From: Lepidodermella squamata
Lineage: Eukaryota > Animalia > Gastrotricha
Length of the DNA stretch: 64,000 nucleotides
Direction of reading: 5' to 3'
Assembly (NCBI GenBank): GCA_047495785.1
Contig: JBLDXI010000006.1
Coordinates: 62,001-126,000, forward strand
The notes under the pieces are model-generated. The model worked only from the letters and a program-made list of their open reading frames with translations, made no database searches and had not been told where the DNA came from. The stretch's first letter is position 1; each line of letters opens with the position of its first letter. The translations under genes and the position numbers were made by a program. Shown here one piece after another: positions 1 through 12,630 of the stretch.

Positions 1-1848
1 AGAAGCCAACTAGCGAGAAAGATCTGGGCATTGACACCGCTGAAAGGTTTTTTAATACCATAAGAGGTACGTCCGTGATAACTTTTCCATCTTACCTTGG
101 GTTGCCGAAAATAATGCGATGTTCTTATTCGCGATCAAATCGCTCAATTCTTCCAGTACACTCTCCTCGCTGCGATTAGCATTGAAAGGATATGCTCGCT
201 GGATAACACTCGCAAACGTTGCTAGAGAAGTGTTAGGAGAGACCAACTCCAATTTTGTAATGAGCGAATTCGGCCTTCCGTAGGAGACGTTTTTCAGATT
301 TTCATTGAGCTAGATGAAATTTTAGAAAAGAATCAGTAAAACAGAGAGCTTTTCTTGTCTGAATTCATCAAAAATTTCAAATTAATTATATTCTGAGATT
401 TGAGATTTCAAATATATCGTTAGCGTCGTTGAATATATCGGATTAAGGCTTGTTTCAAGGTGGCAGGTGACGAGTAAAAAGCCTTTCGACTTGTCTCTTC
501 ACTCACGTTAATAAGGCCGTTTTTTTACTTTCAATTCGAAATGGATTTAAACAAGACTAAATGAGTTATTCAATAACGCTAACGATATTAATTCATTAGA
601 ATACGAATTTAATTTATTTAAAATTGAATTTTCTCCTCTCATGGCTATAGACGATTACCATACAGAAGGAAGGTCACTGCATTCTGTGGCGGTAACGTTA
701 CATCATGGTATTTGCTCGTGGCCTTACGTGTTCTATCATACTCGTTGTCATGGACAGCTCAATGTTTTGAAAGGTTGGATCTTGCGGCCAAGTGATGCCG
801 TTGAAAATCATCGTTCCAACAATTCTCACTGTAATTGATAAATGTCGCATTTCACTCATGGCGGTATGAAGTTCATGAGACCTGTTTGCTTCGACAAGAA
901 TGCATCGTTTAGGCCGCGACAGCTGTCGACAAGAGAGGCTAATAGTTGCTCACTTAGTGACACGTTATAGCAGGCCAAGCAAGAAAAGCCTTCAGTTATG
1001 CCGCTGTTAGCAACCAACTCCGACTGAAAAGGATGGATAGGCATTGGACGGAACGTTATAATAACCTCTGATTCTCGGACTGTTTGGTTTAGGCAAGGCT
1101 CATTATACTACTCTGGTTTCGGGGTGTAACTGTTTGCATTCGACTTTCTTTGGCTTCACCTATTTTGCGTGTAATCACTTACCTCATCACCAGGACCCCA
1201 CTCATGGAAGCCAATTATCAGTGCGTAATCCAGTATAGGTCGAGGAGGCCATTCTGGCCTGTTCAACGCCTGTGCGTTGAGAGTGACTAGCTTCCGCAGT
1301 TCGTAAATTGGCTCAACACCAATGAATACGGAAAAGTGAGACTTGTTTTGGCTGACAATGGCCAGAAAGTGCCATTTTCTCGGGTGCCACGCATTTTTAA
1401 CTGTGGCCGACAAGCGTTGGTTCGAGCCATGCGCGCCAATTTCTGCGCTAAAATTGCCAACGTTCAGCTTGAAATAGATCGTGAAATCCTTTTCTCGAAA
1501 GGAGAGAATCCCTCTTGCCACGCCTCCTGATTGAGACGCGTATGTGAAGAAAAACAGTGACACGGTTTGCTGGCGGTCGAATTCGAAGAGGCGATAGTTC
1601 AAGTCATAAGTAGATAGCATACTAGAAGCTGAGGAATAAGCACTTTCGAGGTAACCAAACGGACCTGCTTGTTGCATGACGCCAGCTGAGGCAGCGTGCG
1701 AGTATTCAGTCACAACGTTTGACACGTTGGCCATGTTTCTCGTGCCGTATTGGCGATTGTACGGCACCAGAAGCAAGGGCTTGCCGAAGCTGGATACCGT
1801 GTCGATGAATGTCGTAGTCAAAATAGAACTGATGAGAAATCGCGTCAT
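1..1848 (-). CDS. 5' part of a multi-exon LamG-like / SEA-like / LamG-like receptor; paralog of the RTK at 30152; runs off the left edge
   Basis: Signal peptide, then FGKPLLLVPYNRQYG..AGPFGY..W.PRKWHF shared with the 30152 gene. Approximate exons 1848-1183, 1023-882, 831-728, 310-97, 40-1, all GT-AG. Shares QRAYPFNANRSEESVLEELSDLIANKNI and ends AVSMPRSFSLVGF, like the 30152 gene. Confidence 0.85.
414..588. mobile_element. Intronic MITE-like element with ~22-bp imperfect TIRs
   Basis: atatcgttagcgtcgttgaata at 414 is the imperfect inverse of tattcaataacgctaacgatat ending at 588. A related sequence starts near 10382. Confidence 0.65.
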
Positions 1849-2972
1849 CGCTCAAGTATATTAGGATGTAATTTATAAAATTCCCTATTGCGTGAAGGTT
1901 AGATGTCATGCTAACAAAAACTTCCTCATGAGGTGTTTCAAGGCATTGATGAGATAATATACGCTGTATGGTAGAGTAATCATTAGTTTCGCGAACATTT
2001 ATTCATCTAAACGGTCGTATATTCTCCATCTATTGTAGATTGAATATCGGCCCCATCTGTGCTGTCTGTTGGGCTAAAGAAGGGCTATTGATCCGTTGAA
2101 TATGCATACTCGTATAAGGATCAGGGAAAGCTATATTACTCAAGAGTCTGAAGCATACTGTGGCAATTTTTCACTCGATTCTAAGAAAAAAATGGTGCAT
2201 GATTGCGACGTGGGAGTTTATTTTTGGCATTCCCAATCGCTTAATCAGTTTCATTAACTTCGGTAGGCGATAAGATTCTCAAGTACTTGCAATAACAAAA
2301 AATTAAAATCCACAGTCGTTCCATTGCCGTCTTATTGCTCATGCGACATATGCCGACTTGAAGTTGAAGAAATTAATTAATATCAATGGAGTGAAATTTG
2401 CATTATCGCCAGATGATTCACCAAGAATCTCAGGAGGAAATATTGATTTCCGCTTCCTCGAGTTCTGAAAGGTGAATTGCTATGTTCTGATCTCTGAAAA
2501 GGTGAAAAGAACCAATCTTTATCAACTGCCTTCTTTTCGAAGGTACTAATTTCAAGGCTTTCAAGGACAACAAATATATCGTTTAGTGGTATTAGGCTGG
2601 ATTTAAAATTGAAATTTTCACATTTGGCATTGCGAAGATGAAATTTCATTCACCACTCGATTTTTATATAAGCCTCAATCCGGCTGAATCGCTGTCAAAA
2701 ATTCGATGCCTTTTCCATTTCTCTTTCCGCAATATGTCCCATCTGAATTTTAAATAATCATCGCGGTAAATAATGATGTATAGTCTGTCAACAAATTGAA
2801 TAACAAAGCGAACTCGCTGCTAAATTATGCGGCCACTTAAACAAAGCGCGCGCATCAGCGCCAAATTAGCCCCGATTTATTAAGTATTCAACATAAACAA
2901 CAACAAAATCTACGAAAGAAATCATGGAATATACAGCCATAATAGGAAAAAATAATAATAAATTTCGTTTAA

Positions 2973-4723
2973 ATGATGAGCAAAAACAAAGTCATGTTGT
3001 CTCGATTCATTCGATCACTGCAAATCTGCGGCCTTGAGCCAACAACTTGCAACGTAGACGATTTCAGCTCAAATTCCAAAGAAACCAGTTCACAAGCCTC
3101 AGCAAAATCGCTTCGGCAATTCGCCTACCCAATTTTTGTCTGCCTGATTTGTTGGGCAAATTTCGCTCGCATTATTTTCGGATGTTTTATTACTACTAAT
3201 TCGAGCGATTCGATTGCTCTGTCTTCGATTGCTATCGCTTATTATCTGATATGCGCTACTTCGAGGACGATTTTCATCGCATTTTCATGGCAAGGAAAAT
3301 GGAGAGCAATTTTAAGACTACTGAACCCGGATCAGTTGATTGAAGGCGAAAATTCACGTGATTGGGCTGAGTTCATCAAAACAGCAACTAACAAACGCTC
3401 AATTGCGCCAATAGGTAGTAAGGAAATTACGGCTTTCAATCGGTTATTAGCCCAATAATTGTATAATGAAAAATTTAAAATTGGCGAATTACTGAAATAT
3501 TTAGGAAAGATTTAGATTTATTTTAAAATAAGAAAAAATGTGGAAAAATAATTAAAAAATAATAAATTGAAATTTGCACTCATTCAAATTTGAATATTCC
3601 TAAATTGCAGGTAAGACCTAGGGATGAACTTGCAAATAATTTTTTTCAAATTTCAATCAGAATCTCACTCATTTTTCAGTTATCCATGCGTTCTGCTGGA
3701 ATTATGTTGTCTCGGCTAATGTGGCTCTATCGACCCTGGCTGCGATTTCGAAAAATATGTTCATGCCTGTTCCCAATATCGAATCGAACTCTGGCAATGA
3801 AGATGGGGCCAGCTTTATATTATTGAATTTTGGCCGCGTGTTTCTCGTTTCAGCAGCGAATTTCACATCCGATTCCGCAATCGCATTTTCATTTGGATTA
3901 ATTTGCTACATCGCCATCGAATTCGGCTATCGGTTTAGACACCTTAAAAATTTCATATCGAAAAATTATCTCATAAAACCATTGCAACGGGCTGAGAAGA
4001 AAGACCCGGAAATACCACTGGTTGTGAAATCAGCCCGCTCGTCAACCTGCGAACAAGACGGGGACACTATCCGCCACGCCTACATCTACTTGTCCGAGTC
4101 TGTGAAAAGCCTCGATAAATCCGCGCGATTTTTCATCGCCGCCTCAATTTTATTCGGATTTTTCGGGATTTTAACGGCAATCTTCGCAAGTCGATTCTTT
4201 GACAATTTGATTCTCAGTGGTTTCTGGGCTGTTATCAGCAGCATTCTGTTGGTCAGCTTCATGATCGCGTCCGGATTTGTAAACAACTCAGCTGCGTGTG
4301 TTGGCAGGGCTTTGTTGAATGTCCCGACTCAAAATTCATTCGGCGAAAATACGGCAGATGGAATTCGGGTATGCCACTCTGGGAATTTTTCAGATAAATT
4401 AAAAAAAATTGGAGACATTAGGTTGTGATTCTGCTTGGTCGCACGAACTACAAACCTGTTGCGCTGACCTTTCTAAATATTTTTAACCTCAATTTCAAGA
4501 CAATTGTTGTGGTGAGTTTGAAAATCGAATTAATTAATTGATTTAATCAACATTTTTACAGATGCTGTTCGCCCTATTTGGCTACATTCTAATTATTATC
4601 GATATTGCGTCGAAAGATAGAAAATTCCCGATCGGAAATTTCAACGTTTCAACAACGCAGACTGCGCTTAAAGTCACCCTGAGTGACTCACTCTATCCAC
4701 CTCATTTTAAAATCACTACGTAA
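2973..4723 (+). CDS. Gustatory-receptor-like (7tm_7 / 7TMIC) protein, 4 exons
   Basis: Multi-TM exons ~2973-3414, 3681-4368, 4422-4511, 4562-4723. C-terminal PVALTFLNIFNLNFKTIVV|MLFALFGYILIIIDI resembles the Gr TM7 'TYhhhhhQF' region, with phase-0 introns at Gr-typical 3' positions. Confidence 0.75.
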
Positions 4724-4869
4724 TTGAAGTCCGTATTTTCAATCGTTTTATTCAAATAAATTTCGAATGTGTGAGTGATTTTCTTGAGCGAATTCGAGAT
4801 AATTTTTCACAGCATCAATTTGATAAATTTTCATACACAACACTCTTCAATCTCGTTTTTTGATCGATT

Positions 4870-7074
4870 TCAAATATCGATACAAGCTCGCTGTTCAATC
4901 TTGCGGCTTGAGCAGTCGAAAGCAGCCGCGAAGGACTGGCTGCTGGTCGCCATTCTCTGCACGCGTGATCGGGCCAGTTCGCCGCCGTCAGCAGAGCAAT
5001 AGGCCTGAGCCCGGGCGATGAAAAACAGCTTCTGTTGCGTGACGTCGAGGTTTTTGCGCTTGAGCAGGCGGTGAGCCACCTTGACGCTGGTGAGGTCATT
5101 CAAAGCGGTGATGGGTTCATCAACCAAATTTTGCTTGGCTAGGCAAGATTTCGAGTCTTCGAACAGCTGATTGCCATTTGCGGCTTGCAGACGCTCGAGA
5201 AGGTCGCGGGCGATTGAGGATGACAGAATTCCAATCTTGACTCCTTGCACTGAGTTTTCGCCTGAAATTTACGGAACAAAAAATTGGAATTAAATAAAAT
5301 ATATTTTAAAATGGTAAAAAATAGTTGGCTCAATAGCCTAAATAATGTTTCAAAAAGTCTAGATTTTTTTCGTTGTTTCTGAAATAGTCAAATTTCAAAC
5401 GGGAGCGGACATTTCCGCGATGAAATTTTGAAATTTCAATTTTTCAAAAAGCATAAATTATTTCAGCAGTTATTTCAGCAGAAAAAGCGAATATTTTCGA
5501 GGTTTGAGGTGTGCCTCGGGTGCTTCCTTGTCTTGGGGTGTGCACCCTAAATGTGGGGTTCCAGCCGTAAATTTCTCCAGAACCTTGATCTATACGAGTT
5601 TTTAGTTATTTTCAAATTTTTATATTAGGAATAATTGGAGATTTCGGTGGTTAGTTACGAGTTTTACAGCGTGTCCCATATAAGTAACGCAAGCAAAGAA
5701 AATACACAGAGAAAAAGGTTCAGAAACTCTAAAATGAGGGACAAAGTCGCATATCATGGCCAGAAAAGTTTAAGAAAAATTAAAAAAATCACGAGAATAG
5801 TGATATCAAGTATGTCACTTGTCAATAGTCCGGAGAAATTGGGTCCGATCGGGTAAAATACCGAAAATTACCGAACCGAATCGCGGATAAAAGAAGATGG
5901 AATATTCTCTCTGTAGGTATAATTTAATAATAATATAATTTTTTTCCTAATTCTGCAATTGTTGTAAACAAAAACTAGATACTCTTTCTGTGTCTTCGGG
6001 CAACAGGGGCCTATGCGCTACCTGCAGACCATCGTTTTTATAAAATAAAATGATCATTGTTGTTTTGTTGATTTTGAATTTTCTACAAAAAGTTGCCTAA
6101 ATTAAAACATAGTTGCGAAACTTCTGGGACACTGTATTTCAGCATGCGCAGCCGATATCGATTTTGATTATCGATTATACCATAAATCAGTGATTTTTTC
6201 GATAACAGCAGCCTTGAAAGTCAATATTCAAAATAATCTCATTTTGGGGTTTCGGATAGCTAAATAAAAGATCCAAGGCTAAAGATGGAGCAAGAAAGGG
6301 ATAAAGTCGAAATCCTAAAAAAATCGGAGAAATTTCGTACCGAAGAGCCCGAACTTCAAGTAGAAAATATTTCGACTCATTTTCCTGTGCTATTCTACGA
6401 ACCAGAACCTGAGGACATTTTAGGTAAGATTCCTCAAGTTTTGAAATTTCCGATAATAATAATAAATATTTGATTATTCAATTATTTAATTTTAGCAATT
6501 TGATAAAATTTCATCAACCTAGAAGGAGGCCCTCGTATCGTTCGGCCAGGCTCAGTTCTGAAAGCACCTTGCTCCACGTGCTAGCAGCATCGAACTTGAA
6601 ATTTCCGAGTTCTTGAATCAATTTCTCCTTTATTTCATTCGCCAGAGCTCGATTTTCTTGAATCAGCGCCGCAATCACCGCGACAGTCTCGTTGTGCAGC
6701 TGTTCGAGCTCAGTCGATTCCTGCCGATCAAGGACGGCTGACTTCCTATCCAGGTCGTTCAGCGTCTGCGCCACGGTGTCCTCAACGTAATTGCCGCAGG
6801 CGTAGTTGTGAAAATCCTCGCATGGGCTGCTCGAGAAGTTGACAGATCGCAGCATAGCCCGCACGTTCTGGCGGCACTCGCGCGTGAATTTGCACGACCG
6901 CATGGCTCGGACTTTGAACATGCCGCCGCCGCAGCCGTTTTTCGACAGTTCAAAGAAAATCGTAGTCACGGCGAAGCTGACGAGGATGGACAGGGCGATG
7001 GTTATGAATGAAATGGCAACATAACGGCAGCAGTTGCTTCGCTTTGGCGAATCGTTTTCACTGAATCTAATCAT
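4870..7074 (-). CDS. Short, catalytically dead M13 (neprilysin-like) type II membrane protein, 2 exons
   Basis: Exon 1 has a TM plus C..EC...SVNFSSSPCEDFHNYACG. Exon 2 (~5262-4870) has QKLFFIARAQAYC...RV...SQSFAAAFDC...C. The phase-1 junction is in frame (LLG|ENSVQG). No HExxH motif. Confidence 0.8.
5667..6134. mobile_element. Tc1/mariner-like MITE in the M13 gene intron
   Basis: TA|cagcgtgtccca ... tgggacactg|TA termini. Internal sequence matches the reverse complement of ~26500-26766. Confidence 0.6.
6150..6280 (+). repeat. Dispersed ~130-bp repeat (second copy 22590-22715)
   Basis: gccgatatcgattttgattatcgat..aaatcagtgattttttcgataacagcagcc aligns with gctgatatcgattccaagtatcgat..aaatcagtaatttttccgatatcagcagtc. 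Confidence 0.6.
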
Positions 7075-7919
7075 CTTGTAAAAATTAGAAAAATTCTAAA
7101 ATTCTAAGCGACCAAGAAATAATATAAATCACAAAAATTTATTTTATTTTGAATTAGAAATTGAATTAAAAAAATTAATAATATAAATTTAAAAAATTTA
7201 AATACAAATGTGAAATAAATCGGTAAAAATTCAGAAAAATCGAACGATGAGCTACAAATTCCAGGTAAAAATGAAATAGTGCTACAATGTCAAAATAATA
7301 CGTATCAGCAAGTAATAAAATAATAATATCGGTCGGTCGCCATTGATGACACATATATTTTTATCTGCATAGTAATAATTGCACCGAAATTCAGGTCAAT
7401 TGGTGCGTTCGACATGGCGACCCGCGCTCATCGTAAACTTTTATTACGTTCAATTTTCATGATTGTTAAGAAGCGTGCGCGTTAAGCACGTGCCGAACAG
7501 TACACGTTTCTATTCATTCATTTGACGATCGTGGATAACAACGAAACTCGTAATTTGAGAAAAAACATTGAATCGATTTTAATTTTCCTGATCCGCATCG
7601 AATGCCGGCAGCCAATGTAATAATGAAAGGCTAGCGGTCAGTATATGTTTGATATAACATCCGTTCTTGAATGCACTTCACGGAGGTTATTCGACGGATA
7701 ATTGTACTGCTATGATAATGCAACCGTCCACACCATTATACCTGGAGCGATTTGCAATAACATATACCTAAAACAGCTATTATCGCGTTGTTTTTTCTCG
7801 TTCCGCGATTTTTTCCGCCCGGTATAAATGCGATTTTACCCAAAGAGAGAGAGAGCACCAACGCACACAGGAATAATAATCGGATAAATTGTAGCCTGTG
7901 TGTGTAATAATAATAAGCT

Positions 7920-8147
7920 ATGGAGACTAAATGGCTTGTTGTTTCGCTGCTCATCTTCTTCCTAACCCTGCTGCTCTTCGTCGCCATGATTGTGCTCTAC
8001 CTGCCTGATGTCTTCCAAGAAGCGGCCCGGGACGAATCAGTAGCTGTCAATCGAACGCTGGCGGGTGACAACGACGAGTACGGCGAGTCGACCAGCGGCT
8101 TCTCCGAGCCATCAAACCTCGAAATTTTGAACCCAGATGCCGATTGA
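7920..8147 (+). CDS. Small single-pass membrane protein (75 aa)
   Basis: ATG ORF that is GC-richer than its flanks, with a strong N-terminal hydrophobic helix, an N-glycosylation site (NRT) and an acidic tail. Confidence 0.55.
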   Translation: METKWLVVSLLIFFLTLLLFVAMIVLYLPDVFQEAARDESVAVNRTLAGDNDEYGESTSGFSEPSNLEILNPDAD

Positions 8148-8701
8148 ACACACAAATTTTACGCAAAAGTATTTTATTAAACACCCTTTTTAAAAAATAT
8201 TTTAATTAATACCTGTTTGAAGCGATTTTTATAAACCATCCGACTTGAATAAAACGGCAACGTCTTTTTGGGACATTTTATTGAAAATATATAGGTAATA
8301 GCAGCATAATTCCTGCTCGTAGAAAATCGCAAAAATGAGGAAATGAAAAATTTGAACTGATTTTTCTAAAATTGTTAGCAGAATTGTTTGAGTCTCACCT
8401 GAATCATAACATAATTTTCCCAAATTTTATTTTAAGATTTAATTTATTTATTTCACCGAAAATATTCCCCATTAACTTAATTTTTGAAATGTTGACCGCT
8501 TTAATCTAAATTATTCATCTCTCTTGAATCTTAAATATAGGGACGTTCTGGAATGCTTTTCCTCGCATATTTCATCGATAAAAAAATAATACTTAGTGAC
8601 ATAAATTACTCGGCAAATGAGACATTTAGAAGCTATACTCTTTAATTTTCTTTATCACAAAAAATATTAATTATTTAAAAAATTAATTTTACACGAAAAT
8701 A

Positions 8702-9865
8702 TTAATCAGAGTGAATGTGCTGTTCGTCTTGGTCATCGAAAAAATCATCTGAATTTGTGAGTTCATTCGATTCTGACGAGTTCATATTTGACCCAGTTTC
8801 AGTTATTTCAGCTTCATTCGAAATTACAGGAATTTCGTCCGCGGTTGTAGATAGTACGGGTTGCGTTTCGATTTCCACCAGCTCAGAACTTTCACCGTTT
8901 AGCGCCCTCTGAAAGTGATGAATCAACTCATAGCAACTTGAGCAGACAACAGCCAGAAAAACCGAGGCAACGCTCAGGGCTAGAGCCGTACAACCAATTT
9001 CAACAGCCCCAGCAGTTTGTCTATCAGTAAAATCCACGTCGAAAAATCGAATATTAAGGTGGCGGTTGATCGCTAGAAAAGCCGTTATCGCGATTTCACA
9101 GCTCGGACTCAGCGCGAAGTAGTAGTAATTTTTAATGCCAGCGATATTAGTCATCTCCTCGTCGAGATTCGTGTCAAAAGTTGCTGTTAACACGTAACTC
9201 ATTACCAAAGTGTAGTAGTGAAAATACGCGGCATGGTACAGAAAAAGGGACGGCCAAAGTAGAGTGCCTACAAAAACGATGGCGAAAACGCCTGGCAATT
9301 GAATGAGGAAAGACAGCCGGACGAATTGAGCCCGAATTCGGCTCGTTGGTCCGAGTTCTTTCAGCCGGAAATTAACTAGGGCCACAAATCCAATTGTCCC
9401 TAAAAAATCACTTTCATAGCCATGGTCGGGTAGCTTCAGCGTGAAGGGTGGTTCGAAGTTGTAGAAAATCACCGCGAAAATGACAGGTAGGCACCTTTGA
9501 AGTGACTCGCCTCGTTTAGTTCGAGGCAGTAAAGGGTTTAAAAAGTGGTTGATCGAACTCCAAAATTTGTAGACACCGTAGCTCAAAACCGCTATTCCAA
9601 CCACCTTAATTGCGAAAATTGTGAACCAGGGCCACGTGAGGTGGGTGATTAGGGCGACTGCTGTTGTTAGGCATAGGAAAACGTGGTATCGATCGCGTTC
9701 TGAAGTTTGAGGCTGCCGAATCTGATCGACAGCCCTAGGTAAGGCTTCATAGGCTTGTCTCATAGCTGCTTTGTATCGATAAGTTGAAATTTCGTCATTT
9801 GGTAAAATGGAGGCCAGAGGAAAATTGCTAGCAATGTCCTCAATTTCAGTTGATAAATCACCCAT
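8702..9865 (-). CDS. Intronless multi-pass membrane protein of unknown family (paralog at 21208-22228)
   Basis: 387-aa ORF with about 8 hydrophobic segments and an acidic tail. Shares SERDRY, WPWF, RL.E.GPT.RIR, LVMSYV, SPSCEI and E.GCTAL with the paralog. Confidence 0.8.
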   Translation of the reverse strand: MGDLSTEIEDIASNFPLASILPNDEISTYRYKAAMRQAYEALPRAVDQIRQPQTSERDRYHVFLCLTTAVALITHLTWPWFTIFAIKVVGIAVLSYGVYKFWSSINHFLNPLLPRTKRGESLQRCLPVIFAVIFYNFEPPFTLKLPDHGYESDFLGTIGFVALVNFRLKELGPTSRIRAQFVRLSFLIQLPGVFAIVFVGTLLWPSLFLYHAAYFHYYTLVMSYVLTATFDTNLDEEMTNIAGIKNYYYFALSPSCEIAITAFLAINRHLNIRFFDVDFTDRQTAGAVEIGCTALALSVASVFLAVVCSSCYELIHHFQRALNGESSELVEIETQPVLSTTADEIPVISNEAEITETGSNMNSSESNELTNSDDFFDDQDEQHIHSD

Positions 9866-10381
9866 TTGGATAAAAAACGAACTGTGGCTGAGAAGTATAA
9901 TGCGTTGATAAGTTACTTAGAGACAAGCATTATTTTGGCACCTAAGCCCTAGTCGTGCGGTCTATAATGCGGAGGATTGCTGATAAGACTTCCAGATAAA
10001 CGTGATAACCAATAAGGTGAAAATATAACCTGGGAATAAGATGCCCTTTAGATACAGCACTGCACACATATTATTATAGCACGATTTCAAAAGCCAGAAA
10101 ATTATTACGTATAGTTAAGAGTCTAGTAGAAAAATTCAAGTTATGAAAAAAGTAAGCTCTTCTTCAAATTAGGCCGTTTCCTCAACTTCATCACCAGGGC
10201 TGTGATCGAATGAAAAGTACCAATGATGCCTCACGAAAATAAATAGAAAAAATATAACAAATTCACAGCCTGCGGCCCGACAGGAATCTGAGGCGAAACG
10301 TTGAGAGTCAAGCCAATAGGCAGGAATGGATTTTATTAACTTCGCGCCATATCAACAGCAAATCGTGATTCACATTGACTG

Positions 10382-10520
10382 ATATTGTTAGCGTCGCTGA
10401 ATAACTCGGATTTAGGCTTGTTAAAATCCGTTTCAAGGCGACCGGTGGCAAGTAAAAAGCGGCGCTTTGTAAAGTGAATGAAGAGGCATAAGGATTTTTA
10501 TTTCTCACCCCTCACCTTCA
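10382..10520. repeat. Diverged copy of the 414-588 MITE family
   Basis: atattgttagcgtcgctgaataactcggatttaggcttgtt resembles the 414-588 termini, and the interior resembles its reverse complement. Confidence 0.5.
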
Positions 10521-11194
10521 GCCATGTTTTCAGATCAGAAAAAGTGCTGATCATTGTGGCGCTCGGTCGGCCGCTCAGATATGAAATGGGTGAAAGACAG
10601 CGCAATACAGTCAATTCAGCTAAATCGAAGAAAAAATGAATTCAGGCTTATTCTCGCTGATAGGTCCAAATCGTGAATTATAATATGCAATATATATGCG
10701 ATTCGTTCAAAGCTATCATACTTGATTGACGATGGAGCCCAATATTGAACCTTTCAAAATCGGCCCTGTTCGACATTGGGGACATTAAGCTTTCCGTTAG
10801 CATGTTAGCATGGATGTCTTTTAATTTATGATCATGGTTGGTTTCATAAGAAGAAGTGCCGGCGAAAAATTGCCCAGCATGTTTATCGTGGACCGTTCGA
10901 AGGGAAAGCTTTGATAAACTAGCACAATGGTGCAACGAATCCCAATCTGGGCTTCTTAACATAAATTACCAAGCACTTGGCACAGCTTTTCTTGCGAACG
11001 TTCCCATTTAATTATTGCATCAAGAAATTGATCTGATTGCAATCCAATGATTATATTGGAGACCCAGCATAGTTTACTTATCTTCAGCAATAAAGAGAGG
11101 AAAATATGATCAGCACAGTTAGCCACATAAGGATTAACTTTGCCTTGATCGATGTTCTAGTGGAAAGTTGTGGAAGATTTCCACTCATGATAGC

Positions 11195-12113
11195 TCAATA
11201 CAGCCCACAGGAGTCGACTTTGAACCCGGTAGCAATGAGAGTGTTTGCTTTGCCGTAATTGGAAGTTGATGTGGTGGGCTTTCCGGAACAGCAAGCCTGG
11301 AAACTGGCGAAACCTGAAGTCGGCCATGCTGGCTGGAATTTTGATAGTTTTACAAGAGTTCGAGTTTTCAAGATTTTTTCAACACTTACAACACCGCTAC
11401 CATCGGTGATCTGTGTTGTAGCCAACACCGTAGTACAGGCGTTGGGAAAACGAAAACAGCGACCTTTCGCCGTGGAAGAAGTAGCGCACACCTTGTAGGG
11501 CTTGTCGTCCGCTGCACCCATACAATATAATAGCGGGGTTGACGCCTGCGTGTACGTGTCATAGACGACAGTAGAAGGAGCAAGAGCATCGCAACAAGCC
11601 TGGAACGTGTTAAAGGATGTCGTAGGTACGCCAGTAGCAGGCTAGAGCAAAAAGGGAAATTATGGCTATTTCGCCAAATCATTGTTACAATCAATAAATA
11701 TATACCACAGCTGTAGGTGTTACAGAGCATGCAGTGGAAGCTACATTAGTGCAGAAATTGATGGTCTTTTTGACACCAGGGCCATCACCGGCTGTTGTAA
11801 TCTGGCACATAGTGTATGCGTTCTAAAGAGAGAAAGATGGGTAGATCAGTCAACCATGCACTATCAGGCATTTTACGTTATCAGTGCAGGATTGTGTGGA
11901 GGTGCAAGTATTTGCGAAACAAGATCCACTTGCGCAGGTAGGTGCACAGCTGGGGCAGGATGAACAAGTTGGACAGGTTGGACAGTTTGCTGATGAGGCT
12001 GGGCATGGCGTGCTTGGGCTTGCCGTTGTGGTTGTAGTTGTAGTTGTGGTTGTCGAGGAAGGGCAGGCGTAACATCCTGCAAGAACGCCGGCCAAAACGA
12101 AAAGAGCTCTCAT
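11195..12113 (-). CDS. Secreted Cys/Thr-rich protein, copy A (4 exons)
   Basis: Signal peptide MRALFVLAGVLAGCYA, a poly-Thr run and CxxC repeats. Three 54-64 bp GT-AG introns give a continuous frame. Internal repeat motif (T/S)F..FQACC. Confidence 0.8.
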
Positions 12114-12630
12114 GTTAACTTTAGCTAAGAATAGAAAAGAATCAAGTTGCCGAGGAAAATAATGATTTCTTGCTCACTTTCAGCCGTTTTAAATACCTTC
12201 GACCAGTCGAGCAAGTATTCGCGTAGGAGTAGTAATTAAAGTGAGCGAAAAAATTTGTCACGTTGTTTGCCATTTGCGCGTGTCATCTGCCCTTCGAATC
12301 AATTATGATAAAAAAAATCCTGGGAACTGAATGTGAGCATGTGCCCTGCGGCAGCCACGAACACCACAGGCATTCCATGAATTGACTGACACTGCAGTAT
12401 ATTTGGAAGATTCTTTTCTTTCACGATTTCACATATATAGAGTACTATGCTCACGCCACATCGCGAATGCCCTTGGACAAGCAGCATCACATTGCTGTCA
12501 TTTTTCACATTCTTCAGGCTGCGTGAGTTGGTGGGCATGACGTGGTGTTGAAGTTCGAGGGAGGGCAAGAATGGCATGCAGCAACCGAGTGCAACACAGC
12601 CATGAAAGTCTTTATTCGTATTCATTGAAA
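11500..12630. repeat. Local segmental duplication (other copy ~16060-17222)
   Basis: 12085-12630 is essentially identical to 16677-17222, including ~500 bp of upstream DNA. 11577-11740 matches 16133-16297. Confidence 0.9.
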
